The notes under the pieces are model-generated. The model was not told the origin of the DNA, ran no database searches, and worked only from the letters and a program-made list of their open reading frames with translations. DNA of 64,000 bases from Octopus sinensis (lineage: Eukaryota): the NCBI RefSeq assembly GCF_006345805.1, contig NC_043001.1:53010001-53074000 (forward strand). Direction: 5' to 3'. How positions within the stretch are numbered: position 1 is the first letter of the stretch; the number at the start of each line of letters is the position of its first letter. Positions 51,631-64,000 of this stretch are shown here, in pieces. The translations under genes were made by a program, and so were the position numbers.

Positions 51631-52204
51631 AATAGTGTGCATAAATGTGTGTGTGTCTTTCTGTGAAATATATTCTGATAATAATGTAAATTTCTGTTGT
51701 AGTGGCATGGCTCCAGAAATATTTATCTAATTGCTGATTAGCTCTTTAATTGAATGCGCGTGCGTTTTACATGAGTTTCTTACTTAAATTCCTCTTTTGG
51801 AACAGACATAAAATCATATTCAATTATAATAACCATTCAACTCTGCGAAATTTAATTTGTAATATTCTAACCAACTGTGTTATGACAAGAGACTGACATG
51901 TGATACAATTCTCTTCCTTGATGTATTGTAAACGTAGACATATACAAGAGATGAGGGATTCATTTCCAGCCAGAGTGGAAATTTATAATACAGAGACAAA
52001 CTTCTTATCTCAAATAACTCCAATTTGCTTACGTCAAGTGAATAGAATATAAAGCTTCAGACCAATTGATTGCGAAGGTCTGTGAAGAAAACCAACACCC
52101 CTGTCTGTGAGTATATCCATATTCCATGCCATATATGTCAATGTAAATGGCATTGCCTATTTGCGTGATCTTGTTTAGAAATATAATTTTATATTGCATA
52201 CTTA

Positions 52205-52205
52205 A

Positions 52206-52269
<64 letters not shown>

Positions 52270-52315
52270 ATCTATCTATCTATATATCTATCTATCTATC
52301 TATCTATCTATCTGT

Positions 52316-52347
<32 letters not shown>

Positions 52348-52372
52348 ATCTATCTATATCTATATATATACA
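52205..52372. repeat. (ATCT)n microsatellite
   Basis: Direct. Confidence 0.95.
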
Positions 52373-55255
52373 TATATGTGTGTGTGTATGTATTTATATA
52401 TATGTATACCTATCAATCTATCTATCTATTTATCTATCTATATGTAGGTATGTGTATGCGCACGTGTATGTGACTGTATGTGCATAGATATAGGCGTGTT
52501 TGAGTGGGTAGGTTTATGTGTTTATATGCGCGTGCCTATGTGTGCTTGCCTTTGTCTCAGTGAGTGAGTGTAATCATGTAATATAATAAATTAGTTTGAC
52601 TTTGGTGGAAAAGACTCAAAGTTGCACACTGTGTTATGTGAATGTTTATACCAATATACTTAACAATATTGTGCGGCTCTGTTAGAAATGAGAATATGTC
52701 TGCCCGCCGACGGAAAAGATACATACAATTAACGTGATCAAATGATCACCAACACTACGGATATTCATTCACATCGCTGGTTTACCACATGCTTTGCATC
52801 GTTTCAACTTTCGAACGATTCCACCTTACTACCGAACCAGGCAGGCCAAAATGCACCTGAATCGGAAGGCTAGTCCGTACTGGGTTATCTATTTACAGCT
52901 GAGTAAACTGAAACAACGTGAAATGAAGTGATTTGTTCAAGAGCAAAATTCGCTACTCAATCCAAGAATCCAACGGAGCACTTTATCAAACTTTTAAAAC
53001 CGTAAACCGCTATATGAATGCTGCGCCCGCTAAAATAACAGTCAAATAGAACCTGAAATTACATCTCGTAGTTTCAAAAATGAAAAGAAGGGACAAATTT
53101 GCTTATGTAGTTCAAATTAAAGACAGAAAGAAAGAAACAAACAAACAAATAAACAAACAAACAAACAGGTATCATAAATTTCCTGGCAGAAATACTTTTC
53201 ATCACTGGCTTGCAAGATTAAGAAATTAACATTAGAAATTGTCTCAAACAGGAAATAAGAAATAAGTGAATTGATTAGTTCCCGTATATATTTTGCCGCC
53301 AAACTTCTCTAAGATTTTCGGAATATCGTGGAACCCATAGGAATATATTAAGAGAAACCATTGCAGAACTAATTTTACGACTTTCTAATTTTGGCACAAG
53401 GGCAGCAGTCTGCGGGAGGGGGTAAATCAATTATATCGAACCCAGTACTGGACTACGATTTTATTGTATCGAATCAGAAAGAAACAGTTGAAATATGCAT
53501 GGACGTACGCGTAAATAGGCAGAATATACACGGCTATGTTCTCCTCCTAACTTACAAGTTTTAGCAGGTCGATGCCTTAATATTAATAACAATTGTAATA
53601 TGTTTCTGTTATATCCTCCAATATCGTTGTGCGGTTCATATTGCCGTAGTGCTATAACAATACAAAAGAGAAACAGCGGCAGTATTAAAACACGTAACGA
53701 ACCAATAATCATTTATGAAACAACAATCTCGAACTGTAAACTGTACCTTGACTTTGAAGACCAAACTACGGTCCCCCCGACTACGTCAGACTGCTACTAT
53801 TTATACGTACTGGTCCCGTCTATTCTCGTGAGAGGGTCTTGTACTCTCGCTACAACAGTTCCCTAAGAATAACATTATTTTTAAATGTTGAATATTATTT
53901 TCATAAATTAATTTCCAATTAACAGTCTGTATAAGGCGGTGAGCTGTTAGCACGCCACACGAAGTGCTTGGAGGCATTTCGTCCGTCTTACAACTAGGTC
54001 ACGTGCCTTCAAACGTACACACATGCATGAATGTGTCTATGTATATATACATACATACATATAGTTATGTATGTACACCCAAACAATCAAACACACACGC
54101 ACACACACATATTAAAAAGCATTTCAGGGACCTCCGAATAGCAGAAGGTTTTCGGAGAAGTCCCTCATTTAAGTATTTCACCTTTTAATTATTTAAAACC
54201 TTAAGGGCGGCCTCATGACTCCTATTCGTTGCCTCGCCACATTCTTGGCGATACTATTGCAACAAGCATCCTCCTGTGATGCTCGAGAGCTAAGATACCT
54301 TGATTGTCATAACCACATCAGTCCTAGATAACAGAAAATAATAGCAATGGATTTCATTTTCATTACACTTTGACGAGATCTGGTAAGAACATTTTTTTCT
54401 ATCGAGTTAGAAACGCTGATTCTTTTCTCTGTGGAAAGTTATTCAATACTGTCTGCTGTTTACCAATATATCATCATTTTCTTGAAAATACAGTCACAAA
54501 ATATCTGCAAATTTAGTAACAATATATATATATATATATATATATACAGAAAAAGAGACGGAGATATATTGAGGAAATAGGCACTTACACCTTGCATATA
54601 AATCAAAGTTAGCGAGTAATTTTTAATCAGAGCGTTTGAGACATAATTTCTAATGTTACTTTGTTATCATATCTATAGAGATATAACATACGGAAAGTGT
54701 CTGCTACTGACATTCGATGTGTAAAAAGTTGTGATCATAAATGTGTAAAACACCCGACTGGAAAATCGTCAGAAATTTCGAAAGGTTGCTTTTTCGATTT
54801 CTTTCTTCCTAGATTCGTGTTCTGGTGAGCTCAGGTTTGTCTTTCATTATGTTAATGCGGAGTCATCCACTGAAAGAGTCAAGCTTACAATTCATAGTCA
54901 TCCTTATTAGATCCTCTGTAGCATACACGGATGTATTGTTCACTTATATTTTTCGAAATTCTTATTTGGTATATTTTCCTTGCTTGAGTTCAATTTGCTG
55001 GAACATTAAAGATTCTAAAACAACCATCTGCAATCTGAAGGCATCAATTACTTAGTGTAATGCTCTCTATGCTCTCGTCTACGTGTACTACTCGGGACAA
55101 TTTGAATATCAAACCTCAAATTTGTAAACTACCAGTTAGGTATTCATATTCATTTAGGCTTAATATGTGGTATCTTAACATTTCTATTTGTATCTATCAG
55201 TTTTGCTTCAATATGTAATATGTAGAGATTTTGCAGATGTTTTTAATACTATAAC

Positions 55256-56104
55256 CAGGGTGCGGTGAATATACTGTCGACTAAATAACTCAAAACTGAA
55301 AATAACACCAACATCTCATTTTAACAGATATATTCACCAAAATAACACCAACATCTCATTTTAACATATATATTCACCAAAATTACATAAAAATATCAAA
55401 AAACTCTAAGGAGTAAATTTATTCAATAAAATCGCTAGTCGCTAGACGACTTCAGAATCTGCGGCAACTCTTGTGGGTGGTCTTCTTCTTTAATCCTTGC
55501 CTTCAGCTCATCAACTGCGCTCCACACGTAATAATCAAGGTGGTTCCAATCTGGGTAGTTAGTTGATCAGATGTTAGGAGTGATGTGGTCGCATAAATTG
55601 TCAGACAGTCGTGACTGGGTTCTCCCGGTTGTGTGGCATGTTGCAGAGTATTGTTGCCTGATATAGGGTATTCCAGCAGTCACCCTCTTGACCCAAGGCA
55701 GCACTACTGCTTCTAGACACTTGATGTAGGCCTCCGTGTTGAGTGTGAGGTCGTGTGGGAAAATGAATGGAGGCATAACGTCGCCACCTCTAGTGATCAC
55801 TCAAAACACCAAGATATTGATTGGATGTTTGATCTTCATCACTCTCGGTACATGTCCTCTCATCGCACTGTCTTCAGATTGACACGCAAACAATGTGAAG
55901 TGCTCGTATTGGATATTCCTACACGAAAGCCATGCAGAACAGCATGTCGCTTCCAAATTTCTGGCAGGGTGAATTGCGTCATTGAGTTATTTTTTCTCAC
56001 AAACGGTACCCAACTGACACTACTATACTATGTACTTAACAAAATCAAAAACCATGCGCGAAATTAAAAATATAAAATGGCGACAATTTACCCATCGCAT
56101 GCTG
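55256..56104 (-). mobile_element. Tc1/mariner (DD37D/maT-like) transposon, internally deleted
   Basis: KHPINILVF, GDVMPPFIFP, NTEAYIKCLEAVVLPWVKRV, QQYSATCH, PLDYYVW; degenerate ~24-bp TIRs cagggtgcggtg / catcgcatgctg. Confidence 0.8.
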
Positions 56105-56739
56105 ATTACTTTTGTAATTAATGCTTTCTAATCTAATTATAATTTGCATTGTTTGGCGTCATATATTGCAATTACTACTCATTGGAAATAAATGACAAGT
56201 CGGGAGAAGTAAGTTTCCACTGTATAGCTTCACAACTCACAATTAAGAATTCCTAATATGACATTGATATTTAGAGCGTGCTCATTTTCAATTGAATTTA
56301 TCCATTGCATTACTAACCAATAAGTTTTCGCTGGTTATAATCTTTATAGTCTGTATTAGATGAGACGCTGTTTGTAAGATATGTGTGTTAATATATCGTT
56401 TAGTGTAATGCACTTTTATTTCTATTTAACGAGGATCTTTTGATAATGGCTTATAGCATTAATATGTAACGCGCTTCAAGATGGTTTCATTATTCGAAAA
56501 TTTTTTTAGCTGAAATGTTATTTCTTCAAATTTTTTCCCTTTGTCAGTTTCACATGCTTTTGATTCTGAACCGGGGATTTTTCCAATGGGAATGCTTCTT
56601 TCTTTTCATTTTTTCTGTGTTGACCATTACTTGTGGAACGAAGGTGTATGCAAGGAGTATATTAACACATACCATAAATAAATGTACATACATGCGCATA
56701 CGTAGAGACACACTATTGTATATAAATGTTTAAGTTTAC

Positions 56740-56774
<35 letters not shown>

Positions 56775-57304
56775 CACGCACACACACATATATATAATGT
56801 TCCGACCGGTTCAATTGCCACTTGTTTATTAATGTCTTTTCCTTTCCCAAATTTTCGTTGCTTTTGCAGCTTTGTCAAAAGATGTTGAGTATCCGTTGTT
56901 GGAAATGTGTTCCTTTTGTATGTTTGTGCGCATGTGTATTCGGCATCGTGCATCTGTGCTTGTGTATGCACAAATGTATGTATGTGTATGCATATATGTA
57001 TGAATTTATGCGTGTGTGTACATATGTATGCATGCATGTATATATTGTGCTTATTCATGTTTGTGTCTCTGTGTGTGCGTACGTGTGTGTTGCGTGTATG
57101 TGTACAGTGTCATATGTTTCCATCTCCTTTTGTGTGTGTGTGCATGTGTGTACGTGTCTGTCCGTATTATCTATGTACCCATCTCTCTACATACATGTGT
57201 ATCTATCCGATGTGTACATATCCATTTACCTATCCATATATATATATATATATATATATTGTTGTATTTCGGAATGGTCATTTTGCCAGTTTAGCCAATA
57301 AACA

Positions 57305-57377
<73 letters not shown>

Positions 57378-57789
57378 CATTCAACCACGGCAGTGGTTGC
57401 ATATTCTCTTATGCCGACCATTTCGTCAATCGCAGCAGCTTCCAAGCTTCCCCACTAATTCAGTTCTCCACTAAATTGCAAACTTTTCATTGTTTTAAAG
57501 AGGATACCTCTTTAGCTACACTTTCGCATAAATAGTTTGAGATTTGATTCAGTAAGGCAGATATTCATCTTTAATCAACATCATCTTTTTAATTCTAAAT
57601 TAAAAATATACTCTTCTTTGGCTTAACTAAGGAATTCAGAATCACTCGTCGCATTGAACACAATGTAGTAGAAAAAGAGTTATGGGGTAAAATGTTACCA
57701 CATTTCACGTCAGTAAGGAAGTAAAGGATTAACGCTTCAGCAATAAAAATATAGAATATATTTCTAAAATGAATGATTTCTTTTTAAGG

Positions 57790-58195
57790 TTGTGAGGTGG
57801 CAGAAATATTATCGCGCCGGTCAAAATGCTTAATGGTATTTCGTTTGTCTTTACGCCCTTTTGAGTTCAAATTTCACTGATGTCGACTTATTTAAGTAGA
57901 GATTATTTAATTACCATTTTCTTTAATTAAACACTTTCAAACTTCCGATACTGGTAGAATTTGTCACATAGAACACATTTTATTCTTAACGTATTTGACA
58001 AAATTTTGTATTTTAGAAGCGATAATTTGTGTGTCTTTACGTTCTCAGTTCAAATTCCGCCGAGGTCGACTTTGCCTTTCATCCATTTCCGATCTATTCA
58101 ATTAGACGTACAGATTATATAATATTATTTTTAACTAAACACATTCAAACTTCCGATACTACTAGACTGTGTCACATAGAACACGGTTTTAACAA
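57790..58195 (+). repeat. Diverged tandem duplication (~205 bp) containing a SINE fragment
   Basis: ttcaaacttccgatact...tgtcacatagaacac at about 57935 and 58145, each preceded by a SINE body. Confidence 0.7.
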
Positions 58196-61100
58196 AAGTT
58201 TGTTTTTAGAAGTTATTCCGTCAGTAGGTACTGAGTGATAATGGACAAATTCGTGTTTAATAAGTGTCAATACACGGAACTCTCAGCTTTTGACTTACTC
58301 TCTAACGTCTGCCGATAAAATATATACATATTACATATATGTGTAAAAAGGTCTCATCACGCAATCAAACCAATTAAAGAGCCTCTACCTGGTCGCTCGG
58401 TACGCTAAAAATAACAGCCAAAGTATCCCCCTATCTAAATCACACGCCCATTGTATGTAATCTGCTATATTATCCCTAAAAAGACGGTTTGCTGAAGGCT
58501 AGAATGTCTTTGATAATACGTTTGCAGTATGAGTGTTTATTTGAGGCTAAATAACAACATTATGGTCAATTTTATATTAACACTCGTACGATTTTCACCA
58601 AGAATAAAAGTTAACTTTTTGCGTGGAATCAAGGACCTTGACCTCCTAATATGCTGCAAAACCCTTATTTTGGTTCGGAAAAAATGAGACAGGTTTCCCT
58701 CTAATCTCGGAATCATTGGAATATTTTTCGTTGAATGAATTCCTGTGACCTCCTAACATAGCAAAATTCGATTTTAAGGGTGAGCCTGGTAACTGATCAT
58801 TTTGGGGTCTTATTGTTTTGTAACTTCTGGTGAGCCACTGTGCAACCAACAACATGGTAAAAATCCCTGCCATTAATTTGGTGTGGATGGGTAATATCAA
58901 ATAATTCAATCACAACCTATATTTAAACTAAACACGAAAAGATTCAAGTATTATCATCACTTATGTGGAAAAATTGAAATATTATCTTTCAGTAGTTTAT
59001 AAGGTAAAACCTTAAATTATTAATTGTCACATTATCAATTATCTTATAACAGCAATGCCTGGAATAATCATGGATTACATGGGAAAATGGGAGCATGAAA
59101 GTTTATATTCTTAAGGTTATAGAGATCGAAAAGTACGGGACAAGTTATTACACCTGTAAAAGTATATGGCAAGCTATTACTTCTAGTAAAGTAAAGAATA
59201 AGAAAATTTTTACTTAAGATATTGCAGCTAAAATTAAAGTTTTAATATTAAAACTTTTAGTTTACAAATAGCACTATACTTATTTAAGTAGATAGATCTC
59301 GGTGAGAGGAATCAATCCATATTACTTATACGCAAAAATATTCAGTAGATAAAAGTACTGAGGTACAAGTTGCGAAAGAAAGATTAACCCCTGAAAATGA
59401 CTTTGAATCAAAATATTTTTATGTCTAAATGAAACTCTATTTAAATTCAACTTTTAGATGTATCGCCACAATAGGATTCTTATGGTACCAATCATACAAA
59501 AAATGTTTAGATAAAAAAAAAATACTGGTGCCAAATGTGCCGAAAACAGTGGTTACTCTTAAAATCGAATTCAAAACCTACAACTTTCTTCTTCATATGA
59601 TAGAACCCATAAAGACGAGTGTTGTGTTGTTAATCTTTTCAAAAATATCATTCACAGACGGTATTGTGTGAATTTTATTCATAAGATCAACATTTACTCA
59701 GTCACGTCCATTACTAGGCTTAGATAATGTTTACATTTTAAGATTGGTCACATCATACGCTACATTTTGTGCTAAAAAAAAATTGAAAATTAGTTCAGTA
59801 GAAAAAATTTAGTCAAATATGTGAGGTCTCAAGCGGAAGAATAACGCCTGAAATCGACTTTGAGTCCAAATAGATTTTTTCTTTTTTAAGTAGATCTATA
59901 TTATATTTTAGCTGATATGATAAAACATGAACACAGGATTCTATCCATGTTAATTATATGCCAAAATATTTAATAGCCAAAAAAGTACTGAGGTAAAAAC
60001 CTGCGAAAAAACGAGAACAACGCCTGAAATCGATTTTTGACTCAAAATATTATTCTTTCAAAAGAATACTATATTTAAATTTAACTATTCTGATAGATCT
60101 CGACTACCGGAATCCCTTGACGCTAATTATACAAATCAAAAAAGTTAGATAAAAAGAATACTGGGGCCAAATGTGCCGAAAACAGTGGTAACGCTTAAAA
60201 ACAAATTCAAAACAAACATTTTGATTTTGTGTAAAATTTTTATTTGTTTAGGTCATATAATAGAACACTTTAAGACGAGTCTCGTGGTGCTACTCTTTTA
60301 AAAAAATATTCCAAATGAAATAAGATATTATATATAAGGTAAATGTGCTTTTCGAGTAATATTACTTACAATAGCACTGAGACAACGACCTGGCGGAGTC
60401 GTTAACAAAGAAAGTGAAAGCTTAGAGGTATTTCGTCTGTCTCTACATTGTGAGTGCAAGTACCGCCATGGTCGTCTTAGACTTTTATCTTTTCCGTACT
60501 CGATAAAATGAGTATCATCTGAGGACTGAGGTCGATGTAATCAACTTCCCTCCCCTCCAAATTTGATGGCTTGCCAGAATTGGAAACCAATATTGCAGAA
60601 TGTTTGATTCAATTCAGTATTTAGGTATCTTGTTCATAGAATATCTATATTATAATAAATATAATTCACACAATACCGTGTGTCAATATTATTCTGAGGG
60701 TCAAAATTTCCTCACTCGAGACCATTTCTATGCTTTGTCACTAATTTAGTTTTTTTTTTAACAAATTTGATTACATTTATACATTTTTATATTCGTCGCC
60801 TCCAATGCAATATTTTCAGCTACAAAATTTGAAATTTAGTTCAGTAGATAAACTTGAGATTTCAAATTAAGACTCAATACGATAAACAAGTCAACTAGCA
60901 TTATCAACAATAAAATTTCACATTATAAAGAACGGTTTCTAAACTGCATGGACTTAATGGGATAACAGTTATTATAAGTTATCTTCAATTTACTGAAAGA
61001 TCGGTTACCAGACAACAACTATGTCGGCTCGATTCCTAATCGAATTTTGCTCTCCAACATCAAAAATGTCGGGTCAATGATAAAGTTCTCGATTTCAACC

Positions 61101-62509
61101 TTGTAATTCGGGAGTGCATCTTATAAGGAGGCCGTTTTATAGTCGAGTATATTCGGTATGTTAGGTCAAATAGGGAGGATAACATCTGAAATCGACTTCA
61201 GGGATGCACAAACGACGCTGCAAACATACTTTCGTAAATAGACACACACACGCACACACGCACGCACACACATGCACACACATGCACATGCACATACACA
61301 TAAGTAACTTTTAAAATTTCCATGAATAGGTAGCTTTAAAAAGAGAGGTCGTAAGTTGATAATAATTTATGGCAAGTGGACATTTTTCTGCTGTCCATCG
61401 TAAATAAACACTCACACATACACATACTTACATACATACATACATTCATACATATAAATACATACATATGTACATACATACATGCTTATTGCAGAAACAT
61501 GTTACTGAGGTTTACATTTTAATCATTTTCCCTTATTCAAACTTTAGAAGCTGGCATTTTCTGCATAATAGTTGTCTATCACAAAATGAAATCAAAATCA
61601 TTACGGGAGGAGGAATTTTTAAATAAACGAAAGCAAAACATTATGACGACCAAAGTTGTAAGAACTTCTGAAGTTTTAATAAGTTCATTGTTTGATTTTA
61701 AACTTTAATTCAATATTAAGAGCAGCAGAATGTAGATTATTATTTCTTAGGGTAAATTGACAAGGGTTTTGCTTTTAGATAGTATGACTGGGTTTTCAGC
61801 GTAGCAGGATTCAGATTTTTAAATTTATTTTCAGTCAAATTGACATGAACTGTCGCTGAACTGCATGTTTTATTTTTATTTGCATGAGCTTCGACTAACA
61901 AACTAACTTTGTCCTATCAAAGGCAGGCTGATCCTCCTACTTTACGGTGGATGCATTTACTATTTTTGCATTTTTAAAATACTTTATATTAGTCATAGCT
62001 TTACTATTCAACTGATCAGATTCTCTTCTTACTATATAGTTGATATATTCCCATATCTCTTCTTGCTAGCTCTTCTTTATAATATTAGTGTTACATTAAT
62101 ATTCAGTATTATATAGATTATCTTTTATAATGAATGTTCGCACTTTCTTTTTTGGCGCGTTCGTATTACGCACTATATATACAGAAAATATATAGTATCT
62201 AATATTCTTTACAATTATAATTACATTTCTCATTCATAAAATTTTAATTCAATCATCAACAATAAAAAATAATTCAAACATATTTTAACAAACAATATTT
62301 ACTAGATTTATTGCATAGCCTAGGGGAAATGTGGATTACAATGAAAAATGCGAGAACATGCATATTAATATTCCTAAGTTATTACAGCTGGAAAAGTACA
62401 GAGCAACAAGATTACTGCAGTAAAATTTGCCAAACTCATAACTTCTGAAGGAATCTAAAAGGTATTTAAAATTCAGATTCCCCTGTACTTAAAATATTCT
62501 TTTGTACTC

Positions 62510-62700
62510 CAGGCACACGGCACAAATTTGTGGGGAGGGCCCAGTCAATTAGAGTGACCTCAGTACGCAGCTGGTACTTAATTTATCGACCTCGAAAAGA
62601 TGAAAGGCAATGTCGATCTCGGGGTAATTTGAACTCAGAACGCAAAGACGGACGAAATACTGCTAAGCATTTCAGCCAGTTCTGCCAGCTCGCCGCCTTA
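62510..62700 (-). mobile_element. tRNA-headed SINE
   Basis: Homology to the 11212 family. Confidence 0.75.
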
Positions 62701-63357
62701 GTCGTCAATAATATTGCACGAGATTTTTTTCGTTTGAATGAAAATCTCATTACAAAAAAAAAATGACATTGGTTGCAGTAGAATGGTCGCTAAATGTTTC
62801 AAATCAGCGATATGCTTAGTCAATTCTTCCACATTAAAAGAAAATTTAATCTGACGCATAAATCATAAATAAAATTTATTAGTTAGCATTAATACAATAG
62901 AATTAGCCTAATTTGTCTTTGGCTAATTCGTAACATCACCAAATTCGTCACTTTCAGTTTTCTGCTAGGTATGAATAATTAGGCGAATTATACTATATTT
63001 TTTTTAAATGTTGTACTTTATTTCATTTTTAAAATGCTGCTTTTTTCCCAAAATAATTCCATTGGCTTAAATACAGACTTGAATAATTTTTCTTATATAT
63101 ATTTTTTTTTCTGAAAATAATAAAAATTACTGGGGCTATACAACAAAAGAGTTTCTGAATATAGGCCCACAGGCAGTAATCCCTCGATTAGCGCAGCTGT
63201 TACATTAGTAAGCCCCACAAGATAGGGGAAAACCGCGACGTAGAAACAGTACTGTAATGCATACTTTTTAAATTATTTTTATAATTTTTATATATCTGTT
63301 TTATTATAAATGCAAGAAAATACACGGGAGTAACAGTATAACCTTGAATAATAAACG

Positions 63358-63425
<68 letters not shown>

Positions 63426-64000
63426 AAATAAGCAACAAGGATATCCAGAGGTAATGCAGTACGATCGTTTCAAGCAACTCCATTTAATTGAACAATGCAA
63501 TCATTACATCATTTTAAAATGTAGAGCAATCTAACACATAGAATGTAGAGCACAAAGACATAGAATTTAATTAAATTAGAACAGGTGGACACATTAGTAT
63601 AATTATACCTAAAAATCTCCAAGGAGATAAAGAACATGTTGTCTCTACTAAAGCATAGAAGTCACTAAAATTATCAATAAGACTCTGCCTACCACTGATA
63701 TTTTGTCTGTATGGGGTCAGTTTTAATTTATAGACTTGTTTATCAACTCCTTAGTATATCTAAGACTAAGAGAATAGAGGGCAGTATGTGTTATGGGTAG
63801 AGCTTTGTGGAGTAGGCAGACTTTCTAGTTTGTATAGTCCTAAAAAATGAAGATTTTTATAAGCAATATCATGAAGTTTAGGAAGGGAAAAAGTAAAACA
63901 AGATGTTAGCTGATAATTAAGGGGGTTCCCCACTAGCAGACTATGGATAATGAAATAGGGGAGGTCTTATCATATGTATACAGTTAAAGTTTAGGGTAAT

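Noticed and set aside
54215-54331. 38-aa ORF resembling a signal peptide plus Cys peptide (MTPIRCLATFLAILLQQASSCDAR...)
   Set aside because: Short, with no supporting promoter, splice or homology evidence; compatible with chance

Overview
AT-rich, microsatellite-dense eukaryotic DNA, intergenic or intronic. The SINE families and (TA)n/(CA)n/(AAT)n landscape look like an octopus (cephalopod) genome; this is inferred from remembered repeat families, not a database match. I cannot confidently identify any host protein-coding gene. Nearly all ORFs in the supplied track are microsatellite read-throughs or transposon relics. Recognisable elements: two decayed Penelope-like retroelements (RT + GIY-YIG), each arranged as an inverted pair; three R4/Dong-type LINE fragments in (AAT)n tracts; mariner, DD37D-like Tc1/mariner, Merlin and hAT transposase relics; a Helitron/Helentron-like non-autonomous element; and many SINEs. 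The main unexplained signal is about 16 type I hammerhead ribozyme (HHR) motifs from about 8 unrelated sequence families. Most have palindromic helix III and sit in (TA)n-flanked inserts, tandem arrays (473-bp and ~557-bp units, retrozyme-like) or head-to-head fold-backs. One family has a swapped G3-C8 core (GUGAACA instead of CUGANGA). All folds were done by eye and none has been tested for cleavage.
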